From the NCBI GenBank assembly GCA_003221455.1, contig QHRX01000007.1, forward strand, positions 18,580-82,579: a DNA stretch of 64,000 bases. Reading direction: 5' to 3'. This document shows, piece by piece, positions 11,143-20,277 of the stretch (positions are counted from its first letter, which is position 1; every line of letters starts with the position of its first letter). The stretch comes from Candidatus Rokuibacteriota bacterium. GTDB taxonomy: Bacteria; Methylomirabilota; Methylomirabilia; Rokubacteriales; CSP1-6. The notes beneath the pieces are model-generated. The model ran no database searches. It was given only the letters and a program-made list of their open reading frames with translations, and was not told the origin of the DNA. Made by a program: the position numbers and the translations under genes.

Positions 11143-12528
11143 TCAGGCGGTGCTCATGCCGAGGACCTCGTACGCCTCGACGGCGTCGTCCTTGCCCTTC
11201 ACCCTCACGGTTCCGAGCGACCGGACGGTGACGAGCCCGTTCGCGCTCTCGTACGTCCGCGAGCTGATCAGGATCTGCGTCGGCTTCGCCGCGGACTCGA
11301 GTCGGGCGGCGAGGTTCACGCTGTCGCCGATGACCGTGTACTCCATCCGCTCCTCGGTCCCGACCGTCCCCGCGACCGCCTCGCCGGTACTGACCCCGAT
11401 CCCCGCCGCGAGCGGTTGCTTGCCGTCGCGGAGCCGCCGGGCGCTCAGCTCCTTGATGCCCGCCTGCATGGCCAGGGCCGTCCGGATGGCGCGGATCGAG
11501 TGGTCCTTCTGGTGGACCGGCGCGCCGAAGACGGCCATGACGGCGTCGCCCAGGAACTTGTCGAGCGTTCCCTCGTGGCGGAAGGTGGCCTCGATCATGA
11601 GCTCGTAGAAGTCGTTCAGCAGGTGGACGACCTCCTCCGGCTTCAGGTTTTCGGCCAGCCGCGTGAAGCCGCGGAGGTCGCAGAAGAGGACGGTCACCTC
11701 GCGCCGCTCTCCGGTCAGTACCAATCGCTCCGGATCCCGCAGGAGCTCCTCCACGACCTCACGGGCCACGTACCGGGCGAACGCGTGCTTGATCATCTCC
11801 TTCTCGCGGAGGCTCTTGGCCATCTGGTTGAAGGCGTCGGTGAGCACGCCGATCTCGTCCCCCGAGGTGACCGGCAACGAGACCTTGAAGTCCCCGGCCG
11901 CAATCGCGCGCGTCCCTTCGACGAGACGGAGAATCGGGCGAGCGAGGAGCGTCGCCAGGCCCAGGGCGCCACCGATGCCGAGCAGGACCATCGCCACGCT
12001 GATCGCGATCGTCCCGTTGCGCTCCCGCGCCATCGCCTCATCGATCGACTTCTGACTGAAGCCGAGGTAGAGGGCGCCCACCCGGACCCGGCTGAAGACC
12101 AGCGGCACCGCGAAATCGATGAGCCGCTCCAGATCGGCGTCGGTGTACGTCTGAACCATGAGCGTGTCGCCGAGGGGCGTCAGGGTGGCCGGCCGCACGA
12201 GCGCCTTCCCGCTCAGGCTCACGTCGGAGTGGGCGAGGACCTTGCCGCGGTGGTCCGCGATGATCACGTAGGCCACGCCCGGCTCCTGCATCGCGTTCTT
12301 CACGAGCAGGTTCAGGGTCAGGCCGTCGTTCGAGAGCAGCGGGTTTTTCGCGCTCGCGCCCAGCTGCTTGGCCAGCGTGAGACCCCGCTTGACGATCTCG
12401 GCGGTCACGTTCTTCTCGGCCTGCCGGAGCAGGAAGACGCTCAGCAGGATCACCGTGAGCGCCAGCAGGGAGGTGATGACCAGGCTCAGCTTGAGCTTCA
12501 GGGAGGGTCGCAGTCGGGGGTCGCTCAT
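11143..12528 (-). CDS. membrane-anchored class III adenylate/guanylate cyclase with HAMP domain
   Basis: There is an N-terminal TM helix and periplasmic sensor region, followed by a second TM helix and a HAMP linker (AIAAGDFKVSLPVTSGDEIGVLTDAFNQMAKSL). The cyclase domain shows ...VTVLFCDLRGFT...GDAVMAVFGAP.... Confidence 0.8.
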   Translation of the reverse strand: MSDPRLRPSLKLKLSLVITSLLALTVILLSVFLLRQAEKNVTAEIVKRGLTLAKQLGASAKNPLLSNDGLTLNLLVKNAMQEPGVAYVIIADHRGKVLAHSDVSLSGKALVRPATLTPLGDTLMVQTYTDADLERLIDFAVPLVFSRVRVGALYLGFSQKSIDEAMARERNGTIAISVAMVLLGIGGALGLATLLARPILRLVEGTRAIAAGDFKVSLPVTSGDEIGVLTDAFNQMAKSLREKEMIKHAFARYVAREVVEELLRDPERLVLTGERREVTVLFCDLRGFTRLAENLKPEEVVHLLNDFYELMIEATFRHEGTLDKFLGDAVMAVFGAPVHQKDHSIRAIRTALAMQAGIKELSARRLRDGKQPLAAGIGVSTGEAVAGTVGTEERMEYTVIGDSVNLAARLESAAKPTQILISSRTYESANGLVTVRSLGTVRVKGKDDAVEAYEVLGMSTA

Positions 12529-12732
12529 CGGTCTGCGTGGCTCACGTCGCGGCGGCGCGCGGGGACCCGGGCCCTGGCCGGGCAGGCACGAATCCGAGCA
12601 TACATCTAATGTGTCACGAGGCAGGGATTTCCCGTAAGCAATATCGCGCCGGTCGGGCGCGGTCTGGGAGCGCCGGCGAGGGGACGTCGGGAGGAGGCGG
12701 AGGCCCGGAAGGGGCCGCCGGGGGCGCCCGCG

Positions 12733-13731
12733 TCAGCGGGACTGGCGGGCGACGGCCGTCCGCGGCGGGAGCAGCTTGCCGTTCTCCCGGGCGATCTGCT
12801 CGAGCTCGCCCGGCAGCCCGAAGCGGACGTCCTCCTCTACGACCCGGACCTCCCGCACGCTCACCGCGGCCGACTTGCGGAGGGCCTCCATTGCCTCGGT
12901 GACGAGCACTTCGGGCGTCGAAGCGCCGGCGGTGATCCCGATCCGCCGGACGCCGGCGAGCCACTCCGGCTTGATGTCGCGCACGTCGTTGATCAGGTAA
13001 GCGCGGGTGCCGTTGCCTTGCGAGACCTCGACGAGGCGGTTGGCGTTCGAGCTGTTGGCGGCCCCGATCACGAGGACGACATCCACGTCTCCCGCCAGCG
13101 TCTTGACCGCCGCCTGCCGGTTCTGGGTCGCGTAGCAGATGTCGTCCTTGGCGGGACCGACGATCTTCGGGAACCGCTGGCGCAACGCCTCGATGCACTC
13201 CCGCGTGTCGTCCACGGACAGCGTCGTCTGGGTGAGGTAGGCGACCTTGTTCGGATCCGGCACCTGGAGGTCGACCACCTGGTCGGGGCGCTCGATCAGG
13301 AGCATCTGGGACGGAGCCTCGCCCATGGTGCCGATCACCTCGTCGTGATCCTCGTGACCGACCAGGATGATCGTATAGCCCTCGCGGGCGTACCGGATCG
13401 CCTCGAGGTGCACCTTCGTGACCAAGGGGCAGGTCGCATCGATCACGCGGAGTCCGCGGCGCCTGGCCTCCTCACGCACCTCGGGCGAGATGCCGTGGGC
13501 GCTGAAGATGACGGTCGCGTCGTCGGGCACTTCGTCGAGCTCGTCGACGAAGATCGCCCCCTTCTGCCGAAGCTCGTCGACCACGTGCCGGTTGTGCACG
13601 ATCTCCTTGCGCACGTAGACCGGCGGCGGGCAGACGGCGAGCGCGAGCTCTACGATGTCGATGGCCCGTTCCACTCCCGCGCAGAAGCCGCGGGGTCCCG
13701 CCAGCACGATCTCCGCCACCTTGGTCGTCAT
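12733..13731 (-). CDS. ispH: 4-hydroxy-3-methylbut-2-enyl diphosphate reductase
   Basis: GFCAGVERAI..., ...VIDATCPLVTKVH... and ...ANSSNANRL... are the three Cys-containing IspH/LytB motifs. Length is 332 aa. This is the last gene of the reverse-strand hpn operon. Confidence 0.9.
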   Translation of the reverse strand: MTTKVAEIVLAGPRGFCAGVERAIDIVELALAVCPPPVYVRKEIVHNRHVVDELRQKGAIFVDELDEVPDDATVIFSAHGISPEVREEARRRGLRVIDATCPLVTKVHLEAIRYAREGYTIILVGHEDHDEVIGTMGEAPSQMLLIERPDQVVDLQVPDPNKVAYLTQTTLSVDDTRECIEALRQRFPKIVGPAKDDICYATQNRQAAVKTLAGDVDVVLVIGAANSSNANRLVEVSQGNGTRAYLINDVRDIKPEWLAGVRRIGITAGASTPEVLVTEAMEALRKSAAVSVREVRVVEEDVRFGLPGELEQIARENGKLLPPRTAVARQSR

Positions 13732-13762
13732 GAGGGGTCGACCTCCGCGAGTATAGCAGGGG

Positions 13763-14788
13763 TCACGGCTCGATCAGGATCTTCAGCGCCTCGCCGCGCG
13801 CCATCAGCTCGAGCGCTTCGCGCACCTCGCCGAGCCCCATGCGGTGCGTGAGGAGAGGGTCGGGGACGACCATCTCGGACTCGAGCAGCTCGACCGCGCG
13901 CCGGATGAGCTCGGGCGTGTGGTGGAAGGCGCCGACCAGCGTCAGCTCCTCGTAGTGTGCGCGGCGGGTGTCGAGCCGCACCGTCGTGCCAGGCGCGCAG
14001 CCGCCGAAGAGCACGACGGTGCCCCCCCGTCCGACGGACGCGATCGCCTGCTCCCAGGCCTCCGGCCGGCCCGTCGCATCCACCGTGACGTCGGCGCCGC
14101 GACCGCCAGTCAGCCGCCGCACCTCGTCGGCGGGGTCGGCGACGCGCGCGGTGTCGATCGCGTCGCCGAGGTCGAGCTGACGCACGCGATCGAGCCGCCA
14201 CCCGCGCTTGCCCACAAGGACGACGCGCGCCTTCCGCGCCACCGCCAGCATCGCGAGCAGACAGCCGAGGGGCCCGTGACCGAAGATCGCCACCGTCTGC
14301 CCGGCCTCGAGCCGGCCGCGCTCCAGGCCGAGCAGCGCACAGGCCAGGGGCTCGGCGAAGGCCGCCCGCGCGGCGGGCGTCCCCGCCGCCAAGCGGACGA
14401 CATTCCGCTCGACGAGCCGCGGAGGCAGCGCGATGTACTCGCCGTACGCCCCGTTGACGAAGAGGAGGTCCTCGCAGAGGTTCGGTCGCCCCGCCCGACA
14501 CAGCGGGCACTGCCCGCAGGGGGCGGAGTTGGCGGCGACGACCCGGTCGCCCTCGCGGAAGCCCCGCGTCCCCAAGCCCACCGCGACGACCGCTCCCGCG
14601 AGCTCGTGACCGAACACGGTCGGCACGTGCGGGATCATCACGGGATGGCCGCGCCGGAGCGTCTTCACGTCCGTGCCGCACGTCAGCGCCGCCTCGATGC
14701 GGAGCACGAGGCCCCCGGGCGCGGGCGTCGGCGTCGGTATTTCCTCGCACCGCAGGTCGTCCGGCCCGTAGAAGACAACGGCTCTCAT
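13763..14788 (-). CDS. zinc-dependent alcohol dehydrogenase (MDR superfamily) I
   Basis: Catalytic and structural Zn motifs are present: CGTDVKTL and GHELAG, then CGQCPLCRAGRPNLC. A GxGxxG motif (IFGHGPLG) is also present. Length is 341 aa. Confidence 0.8.
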   Translation of the reverse strand: MRAVVFYGPDDLRCEEIPTPTPAPGGLVLRIEAALTCGTDVKTLRRGHPVMIPHVPTVFGHELAGAVVAVGLGTRGFREGDRVVAANSAPCGQCPLCRAGRPNLCEDLLFVNGAYGEYIALPPRLVERNVVRLAAGTPAARAAFAEPLACALLGLERGRLEAGQTVAIFGHGPLGCLLAMLAVARKARVVLVGKRGWRLDRVRQLDLGDAIDTARVADPADEVRRLTGGRGADVTVDATGRPEAWEQAIASVGRGGTVVLFGGCAPGTTVRLDTRRAHYEELTLVGAFHHTPELIRRAVELLESEMVVPDPLLTHRMGLGEVREALELMARGEALKILIEP

Positions 14789-14897
14789 ACGCTCTCGGCG
14801 GGGACCCCCGCCCCGCGGCCCCGTCCGAACGCCCGCGCCGGCGGGCCCCCCCGCGCGGCTCCGTTCGCCGCTGGCGCGCGGGCCGATGTGGGGCCTG

Positions 14898-15914
14898 TCA
14901 TGCGCCGTCCGGAACCACGAAGACCTTCAGGGCCTCGCGGCGAAGCATCAGCTCGACCCCGCGGGCGACCTCCGAGAGCGGGAGCCGGTGCGTGATCAGC
15001 GGCTCGACCACCACCTCACCCGCCGTCACGAGCGCGTGCGCCTCGGCCAGGTCCGCCGGCGACGACGAGTAGGTGGCGGTGAGCGTCAGCTCGCGATGGT
15101 ACAGGGCCTCGAGCGGCAGCGGCAGCTCCGCACCGGCGCCGCCGGCGAAGGAGTGGATCATCCCGCCGTCGCGGACGAGCGCCGCCGCCCACGGCAGCAC
15201 GGTCGCGCCGCCCGCGGTCAGCACGACCAGATCGGCGCCGCGCCCGTCACTCTGCTCGTCGACCCACCGCGCGACGGCCTCCCCCGGGCCGAACGCCTCG
15301 CCCCCGAGCCGCTTGGCGAGGTCGACACGCTCGGCGAGCCCGTCGGTACCGACGACCCTGGCCCCCGCCCGGCGCAGGAGCTGCACGAACAGGCACCCGA
15401 TCGAGCCCAGGCCGATCACGACCGCCGTGTCCCCGGGCTCGACACGGGCGCGCCGGAGCGCCCGCAGACAGCACCCGAGCGGCTCCACGAACGAGGCGGC
15501 CTCGTCGCTCACGTGCGCCGGCACCGTGAAGGTGGCGTAGGCCACGTTCGGGGCCGGGACCCGGATCAACTCGGCGAGCCCGCCCGGATCGAGATTCGAG
15601 CCCTTGAAGGCGCGGCACATCGAGGGGCTCCCCCGGCGGCAATAATGACAGGTGAAGCACGGCACGTGGTGGGCCACGACGACGCGGTCCCCCACGGCGA
15701 ACCGCTCGACGCCGGCGCCGACCTGCGCGACCTCGCCCACGACCTCGTGGCCGAAGACGGCGGGCGCCGGGTGGTCGACGAGGATCTTGGCGATATCCGA
15801 CCCGCAGAGGCCACAGCCGCGGAGCCGCAGCAGGAGCTCGCCCGCGCCGATCTCGGGAGCGGGCCACTCCCCCGCCGCCACGCTGTGGCGTCCGTGGTAG
15901 ACGGCCGCCCTCAC
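14898..15914 (-). CDS. zinc-dependent alcohol dehydrogenase (MDR superfamily) II
   Basis: A GTG start at VRAAVYHG overlaps the hpnD-like stop (GTGA). Zn motifs are CGLCGSDIAKI, GHEVVGEV and CFTCHYCRRGSPSMC, and the Rossmann motif is VIGLGSIG. I trimmed the listed 560-aa ORF because its N-terminal part is the out-of-frame overlap with hpnD. Confidence 0.8.
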   Translation of the reverse strand: MRAAVYHGRHSVAAGEWPAPEIGAGELLLRLRGCGLCGSDIAKILVDHPAPAVFGHEVVGEVAQVGAGVERFAVGDRVVVAHHVPCFTCHYCRRGSPSMCRAFKGSNLDPGGLAELIRVPAPNVAYATFTVPAHVSDEAASFVEPLGCCLRALRRARVEPGDTAVVIGLGSIGCLFVQLLRRAGARVVGTDGLAERVDLAKRLGGEAFGPGEAVARWVDEQSDGRGADLVVLTAGGATVLPWAAALVRDGGMIHSFAGGAGAELPLPLEALYHRELTLTATYSSSPADLAEAHALVTAGEVVVEPLITHRLPLSEVARGVELMLRREALKVFVVPDGA

Positions 15915-16765
15915 GCCGCGACCCCGATCCGCGTCTCGGCCCACGTCCGGAGCGCGATCACGAGCTTGCGCGCCGCCGGCAGCGACACACGCTGGCCGAA
16001 GACGCGGAACCGCCGTGCCTCGAGCTCGCCCAAGAGCGCGAGATAGGTCCGCCCCATGATCTGGGCGGCAACCAGCCGGCGGGCGTCCCCGGCCGGGAGC
16101 GTGCGGCGGGCCGTGTCGTAGAAGTGCCGGGCCCGGCGCGCCTGATGCTCCATGAGCTGGACAAACGCCGGAGTGTAGCGGCCGGCGCGGAGGTCGTCGA
16201 CGGTCAGCCCGAATCGCCGAAGCTCCTCCTGCGGGATGTAGACCCGCCCTGCCTGAGCGTCGACCTCGACGTCCCGCATGATGTTGGTGAGCTGCAGGGC
16301 CACGCCCAGGTTCACCGCGTAGTCCCGCGCGCGCGGCTCCGAGTAGCCAAAGATCTCGATGCAGCAGAGGCCGACCGCCGACGCCACGCGGTAGCAGTAG
16401 GGGTAGAGCTCGTCGAAGGTCTCGTAGGTCGAGCGGTCTAAGTCCATCTCCACGCCGTCGACGATCGCGTCCAGGGCGGCGCGCGGGATCGGGTAGGCGC
16501 GGACCGCCTCCGCCAGTCGCCGGGCGACCGGCGCGCGGGGGCCGGCCGGATCGAAGCATCGCGCCACCTCGGCCCGCCATTCGCGGAGATCGGCGCGCTG
16601 GCGCGCGGGGTCTCCGCCCAGGTCGGCCACGTCGTCGACGATGCGGCAGAAGGCGTACACGGCGTAGAGCGCGGCTCGCTGCGGCCGCGGCAGGAACAGG
16701 AAGGCGTAGTAGAAGTTCGACCGACTCTGCCGCGTGAGCCGCGAGACGAGCTGGGCGCTGTTCAC
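15911..16765 (-). CDS. hpnD: squalene/phytoene synthase family protein, HpnD-like (presqualene diphosphate synthase)
   Basis: 284 aa. ...SNFYYAFLFLPRPQRAALYAVYAFCRIVDDVAD... carries the first Asp-rich motif, and ...YCYRVASAVG... and ...MRDVEVDAQAGRVYIP... the second. It lies inside the hpn operon. Confidence 0.7.
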   Translation of the reverse strand: MNSAQLVSRLTRQSRSNFYYAFLFLPRPQRAALYAVYAFCRIVDDVADLGGDPARQRADLREWRAEVARCFDPAGPRAPVARRLAEAVRAYPIPRAALDAIVDGVEMDLDRSTYETFDELYPYCYRVASAVGLCCIEIFGYSEPRARDYAVNLGVALQLTNIMRDVEVDAQAGRVYIPQEELRRFGLTVDDLRAGRYTPAFVQLMEHQARRARHFYDTARRTLPAGDARRLVAAQIMGRTYLALLGELEARRFRVFGQRVSLPAARKLVIALRTWAETRIGVAA

Positions 16766-16784
16766 TGCCGGCCTCGGACGCTGG

Positions 16785-17804
16785 TCATGCGCTGGAGGCG
16801 ACCGGTCGCTCCTGAATTATGGCATAGCCGCGGACCGTGAACCACTCCACCGCCTCGCGCAGGGCGGTCTCGACCGGCGTCTGGGGAAGCCCGAGCTCCC
16901 GCACGGCCTTGGCCGGGCTGAAATACATGCGCTTTCTCGCCATCCGGACGGCCGTCAACGACGCCCGGGGCGGCCGTCCGCTGAGCCGCGCCGCGGCCTC
17001 CATGCCGAGCGCGCCGCACCAGGCGAGCGCGTAGGGAAGCCTGAACCGGGGCGCCGGGCGCCCAGTCAGCCGGGCCAGCATCCCAAAGATCTCCACGAGG
17101 GAGAGGTCCTGGTTGCCGAGAATGTACTTTTCGCCCACGCGGCCCCGCTCCGCCGCCAGCAGGTGGCCCCGGGCGACGTCGCGCACGTGGACGAGGTTGA
17201 GCCCGGTGTCGAGCGTCGCGAACATCCTGCCGCACAGGAAGTCGACGACCAGCTGGCCGGTCGGTGTCGGTTTCACGTCCCACGGCCCGACGGGAGCAGA
17301 CGGATTCACGATGACGGTCGGCAGGCCCCGGCTGGCCCACTCGAGGGCAACCTGCTCGGCGAGGAACTTCGAGCGCTTGTAGGGCCCGATCATGTCCGCC
17401 AGCGTGACCGGCGTCGTCTCCGTGCCGGGCCGGCCGTCCTCGGGGATGCCGAGCGCGCCGACGGTGGAGGTATAGACGACCCGCTCCGTGCCGGCCCGGG
17501 CGCAGGCGGAGAAGACGGCACGCGTGCCGTCGACGTTCGTCCGGTAGAGCTCGCGCTGCTGGCGTGCCCAGAGCCGGTAGTCGGCGGCGACGTGGTAGAC
17601 GTGGCGGACGCCCTTGACCCCGCGCGCGAGCGACGCGGGGTCGAGCAGATCGCCCTCGCAGACTTCGAGGGGGAGCCCCTCGATCGCGCGCCGGTCGCTC
17701 GTCGGCCGGACGAGCACGCGCACGCTCCGACCGTCGCGCAGGAGCTCGCGGACAACGTTGGCGCCGACGAACCCGGTGGCGCCGGTGACGAGCGCGTCCG
17801 GCAT
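16785..17804 (-). CDS. hpnA: hopanoid-associated NAD-dependent sugar epimerase/dehydratase
   Basis: Start is at MPDALVTGATGFVGANVVREL, a Rossmann GxxGxxG motif. YxxxK is present as ...GPYKRSK.... Its ATG overlaps the hpnG stop (ATGA). Confidence 0.75.
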   Translation of the reverse strand: MPDALVTGATGFVGANVVRELLRDGRSVRVLVRPTSDRRAIEGLPLEVCEGDLLDPASLARGVKGVRHVYHVAADYRLWARQQRELYRTNVDGTRAVFSACARAGTERVVYTSTVGALGIPEDGRPGTETTPVTLADMIGPYKRSKFLAEQVALEWASRGLPTVIVNPSAPVGPWDVKPTPTGQLVVDFLCGRMFATLDTGLNLVHVRDVARGHLLAAERGRVGEKYILGNQDLSLVEIFGMLARLTGRPAPRFRLPYALAWCGALGMEAAARLSGRPPRASLTAVRMARKRMYFSPAKAVRELGLPQTPVETALREAVEWFTVRGYAIIQERPVASSA

Positions 17805-18523
17805 CAGCCGGTCTCGCCGAGCTCCCGGACGACGACCGCCACCGCCGTGAGGGCGAGGAGGATCCCCCGCCGGAGAGCCCACGCCTGGCCGAGCAGCGCC
17901 GGCCGGCGCAGGATGAGGGCGGCCGCGCGGGCCGGTCGCGTCTGCCCCCCGGCGTCGACCAGCCGAGCCAGCCCGGGCGGAAGCGACTGGTCGGCGGTGT
18001 CGGACACACCTCGCACCACGATCGCGGCCAGCCCGCGCTCGCGCGCCACCGCGAGGATGACCGCCGACTCCATGTCGACCGCGATCGCGCCGGTGCGGTG
18101 CGCCAGAGCCGCCTTCGCGGCGGGGGTGTCGACGACCTCCTCGACCGTTGCCAGCGGCCCGGTGGCGGGGGCGAGGCCCGCCCGGGCGGCGGCGGCGAGG
18201 GCGCGGGTGTGGGCGCCCGGGTCCACGGCCAGCGGGGGCCCGGCGGGGGCAAGCACGACTTCGGGCAGCACGAGAGCCCCCGTCCGCGCGAGCGCGGGCG
18301 AGAGCGCTCCGCAGCTGCCCGCCGAGATCAGCAGGTCGGGGGGGTCGTGGTCGCCGAGCCCCCGCGCGGCAAGGCCGGCCGCGCGCAGACCGACCACCCG
18401 GACCTCGAGCCCGTCAGCGCCGAAGCGCGACCAGGGGCTCGACGTGAGACGACGAAGCCCAAGGGTGCGGGCCAGCCCGCGCGCCTCGAGCTCCGCCGCC
18501 ACGAGGACGAGGAAGCCGCTCAC
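17804..18523 (-). CDS. hpnG: hopanoid-associated phosphorylase/nucleosidase (PNP/UDP family)
   Basis: A GTG start at VSGFLVLVAAELEARGLA overlaps the upstream stop (GTGA). ...LLISAGSCGALSP... and ...AIAVDMESAVILAVARE... are typical of the MTA/SAH-nucleosidase fold. Confidence 0.7.
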   Translation of the reverse strand: MSGFLVLVAAELEARGLARTLGLRRLTSSPWSRFGADGLEVRVVGLRAAGLAARGLGDHDPPDLLISAGSCGALSPALARTGALVLPEVVLAPAGPPLAVDPGAHTRALAAAARAGLAPATGPLATVEEVVDTPAAKAALAHRTGAIAVDMESAVILAVARERGLAAIVVRGVSDTADQSLPPGLARLVDAGGQTRPARAAALILRRPALLGQAWALRRGILLALTAVAVVVRELGETG

Positions 18524-18873
18524 CCTTGCCCTCTGCCCCGCTCGTCCCGTCCGGCCCCGCCTGTCTCCTTGCGCCTGCGCCAGAGCGCGTACGAGTTCCC
18601 CGCCGCCGGGTCGCGGCCGGTGAATCTGATCGTCCGGATTCGGGAGTACGGGATCGCGCGGGGCCCGGCGCCGTCCGCGTCGAACATCTGGATGAACGGC
18701 TCCCCGGCGTCGGCGTTGCGGTTGAAGACGTAGCCGCGGAGTTCGGTGCCGTCCGTCAGCACGACGGTCGTATCCCCGCGATAATCGAAGGCGAGGTCGA
18801 TGATGCGCTCGAGCGGCAGATCCGGACCCGGCTCCGGGGTCCAGCCCTCGAGCGTCGTCTCCGGCTCGGTCAT
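18520..18873 (-). CDS. small conserved hypothetical protein embedded between hpnH and hpnG
   Basis: About 117 aa: MTEPETTLEGWTPEPGPDLPLERIIDLAFDYRGDTTVVLTDGTELRGYVFNRNADAGEPFIQMFDADGAGPRAIPYSRIRTIRFTG... Its ATG overlaps the hpnH stop, and its stop overlaps the hpnG GTG. I recognise no family for it. Confidence 0.45.
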   Translation of the reverse strand: MTEPETTLEGWTPEPGPDLPLERIIDLAFDYRGDTTVVLTDGTELRGYVFNRNADAGEPFIQMFDADGAGPRAIPYSRIRTIRFTGRDPAAGNSYALWRRRKETGGAGRDERGRGQG

Positions 18874-19895
18874 CAGAACCGGCCGGTGAGCGTGACCCCA
18901 ACCGTCTCGACGAAGCCCCGCCAGCTGCCGAAGGTCTCGTTCACCGCGGTGGCCTCGAACCCGCAGTGCACCATGCAGTCCCGGCACTTGGCGTTGCCGC
19001 TCTTCCGGCCGTAGCGCTCCCAGCGCGTGGTCTCCATGAGATCCTGGAAGCTCTCGGCGTACCCCTCCTGGAGGAGGTAGCAGGGGCGCTGCCACCCGAA
19101 CAGGTTGAAGGTCGGGTTGCCCCAGGGCGTGCACTCGTAGTCGTGCTTGCCCATCAGGAACCGCAGGAAGAGCGGCGACTGGTTGAAGCGCCAGCGCCGC
19201 TTCGGCTTCGAGAGCATCCGCGCGAAGAGGTCGTTCGTGCGGGTCTTCCGCAGGAAGTGTTCCTGGTCGGGCGCCTTAGAGTAACTGTAGCCCGGCGAGA
19301 GCATCATGCCCTCGACGCCGAGGTCCATCATCTCGTCGAAGAACTCCCGCATCCGGAGCGGCGAGGCCCCCTCGAACAGCGTGGTGTTGGTCGTGACGCG
19401 GAAGCCGCGCCGGAGCGCCTCCCGGATCCCCTCCACCGCCTGGTCATAGACCCCCTCGCGGCAGACCGACTCGTCGTGCTCCGCGCGCCGCCCGTCCAGG
19501 TGCACGCTGAAGCTCAGGTGCCGAGACGGCGTAAAGAGCCCCGCCTCGAGCTTCTCCCTGAGCTGGATCGCGTTCGTGCAGAGGTAGACGTACTTCCCGC
19601 GTCGGACCAGCTCTTCGACGAGCCGGCCGATCTCCGGGTACATCAGCGGCTCCCCGCCCGGGATGCTCACGATCGGCGCGCCGCACTCCTCTACCGCCCG
19701 CAGACACTGCTCGACGCTGAGCTGCTTTCGCAGGATCTGGGCGGGGTACTGGATCTTCCCGCAGCCCGCGCACGCGAGGTTGCACCGAAAGAGGGGCTCG
19801 AGCATCAGGACGAGCGGGTAGCGCCGGCGGCCTCGGAGCTTCTGCCGGAGCACATACGCCGCCACCGTCCACATCTGCGCGGCCGGAACGCTCAT
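18873..19895 (-). CDS. hpnH: radical SAM adenosylhopane synthase
   Basis: Start at MSVPAAQMW...; radical SAM Cx3Cx2C motif CNLACAGCGK; downstream ...GGEPLMYPEIGRLVEEL... and a Cys-rich C-terminal region (CRDCMVHCGFE). I trimmed the listed ORF 18873..20234. Confidence 0.85.
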   Translation of the reverse strand: MSVPAAQMWTVAAYVLRQKLRGRRRYPLVLMLEPLFRCNLACAGCGKIQYPAQILRKQLSVEQCLRAVEECGAPIVSIPGGEPLMYPEIGRLVEELVRRGKYVYLCTNAIQLREKLEAGLFTPSRHLSFSVHLDGRRAEHDESVCREGVYDQAVEGIREALRRGFRVTTNTTLFEGASPLRMREFFDEMMDLGVEGMMLSPGYSYSKAPDQEHFLRKTRTNDLFARMLSKPKRRWRFNQSPLFLRFLMGKHDYECTPWGNPTFNLFGWQRPCYLLQEGYAESFQDLMETTRWERYGRKSGNAKCRDCMVHCGFEATAVNETFGSWRGFVETVGVTLTGRF

Positions 19896-19923
19896 CGCGG
19901 ATCGATCCCCCTGTCCGGTTTGT

Positions 19924-20277
19924 TCAAAAGGCGGGCCGGGCGCCCGGTCCGACAGCCGCCACCCGGCGCTCGCCCCGGCCAGCATAACAGGACCACACGG
20001 CCAAGAAGAGAGAAAGGTGCAAGCTCGGGCCCCGGGGCGGGGTGCACATTCGAGAGGTCGAGCTCCCGGGACCGCGTGACGCCCGTGTGGTGGTAGAGCC
20101 CGACGGGTAGCCCACGCGGGTGGACACAAACTCCGCCGTCCAGGCGACACCGAGGGTCGACGCGGTAAAGGCGACCGTGCGGCGCCGACCCAGGTCGTGG
20201 AGCGCCAGCACGACGAACGCGGCCATGAACGCAAACACGTACGGCCGCAGCGTGAGCGCGTCGATCAACAGGTCCAT
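19924..20277 (-). CDS. possible small membrane protein or gene remnant upstream of hpnH
   Basis: The translation MDLLIDALTLRPYVFAFMAAFVVLALHDLGRRRTVAFTASTLGVAWTAEFVSTRVGYPSG looks like a genuine TM segment. It then decays into Ser/Thr/Arg/Pro low complexity. It lies in the hpnH/shc divergent intergenic region. Confidence 0.2.
   Translation of the reverse strand: MDLLIDALTLRPYVFAFMAAFVVLALHDLGRRRTVAFTASTLGVAWTAEFVSTRVGYPSGSTTTRASRGPGSSTSRMCTPPRGPSLHLSLFLAVWSCYAGRGERRVAAVGPGARPAF

Noticed and set aside
16734-18901. Large overlapping ORFs 16734..18623+ and 16762..18252- across hpnA/hpnG
   Set aside because: They share the low-complexity antisense or shifted-frame composition described above. 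The hpnA and hpnG frames carry clear Rossmann and nucleosidase motifs.
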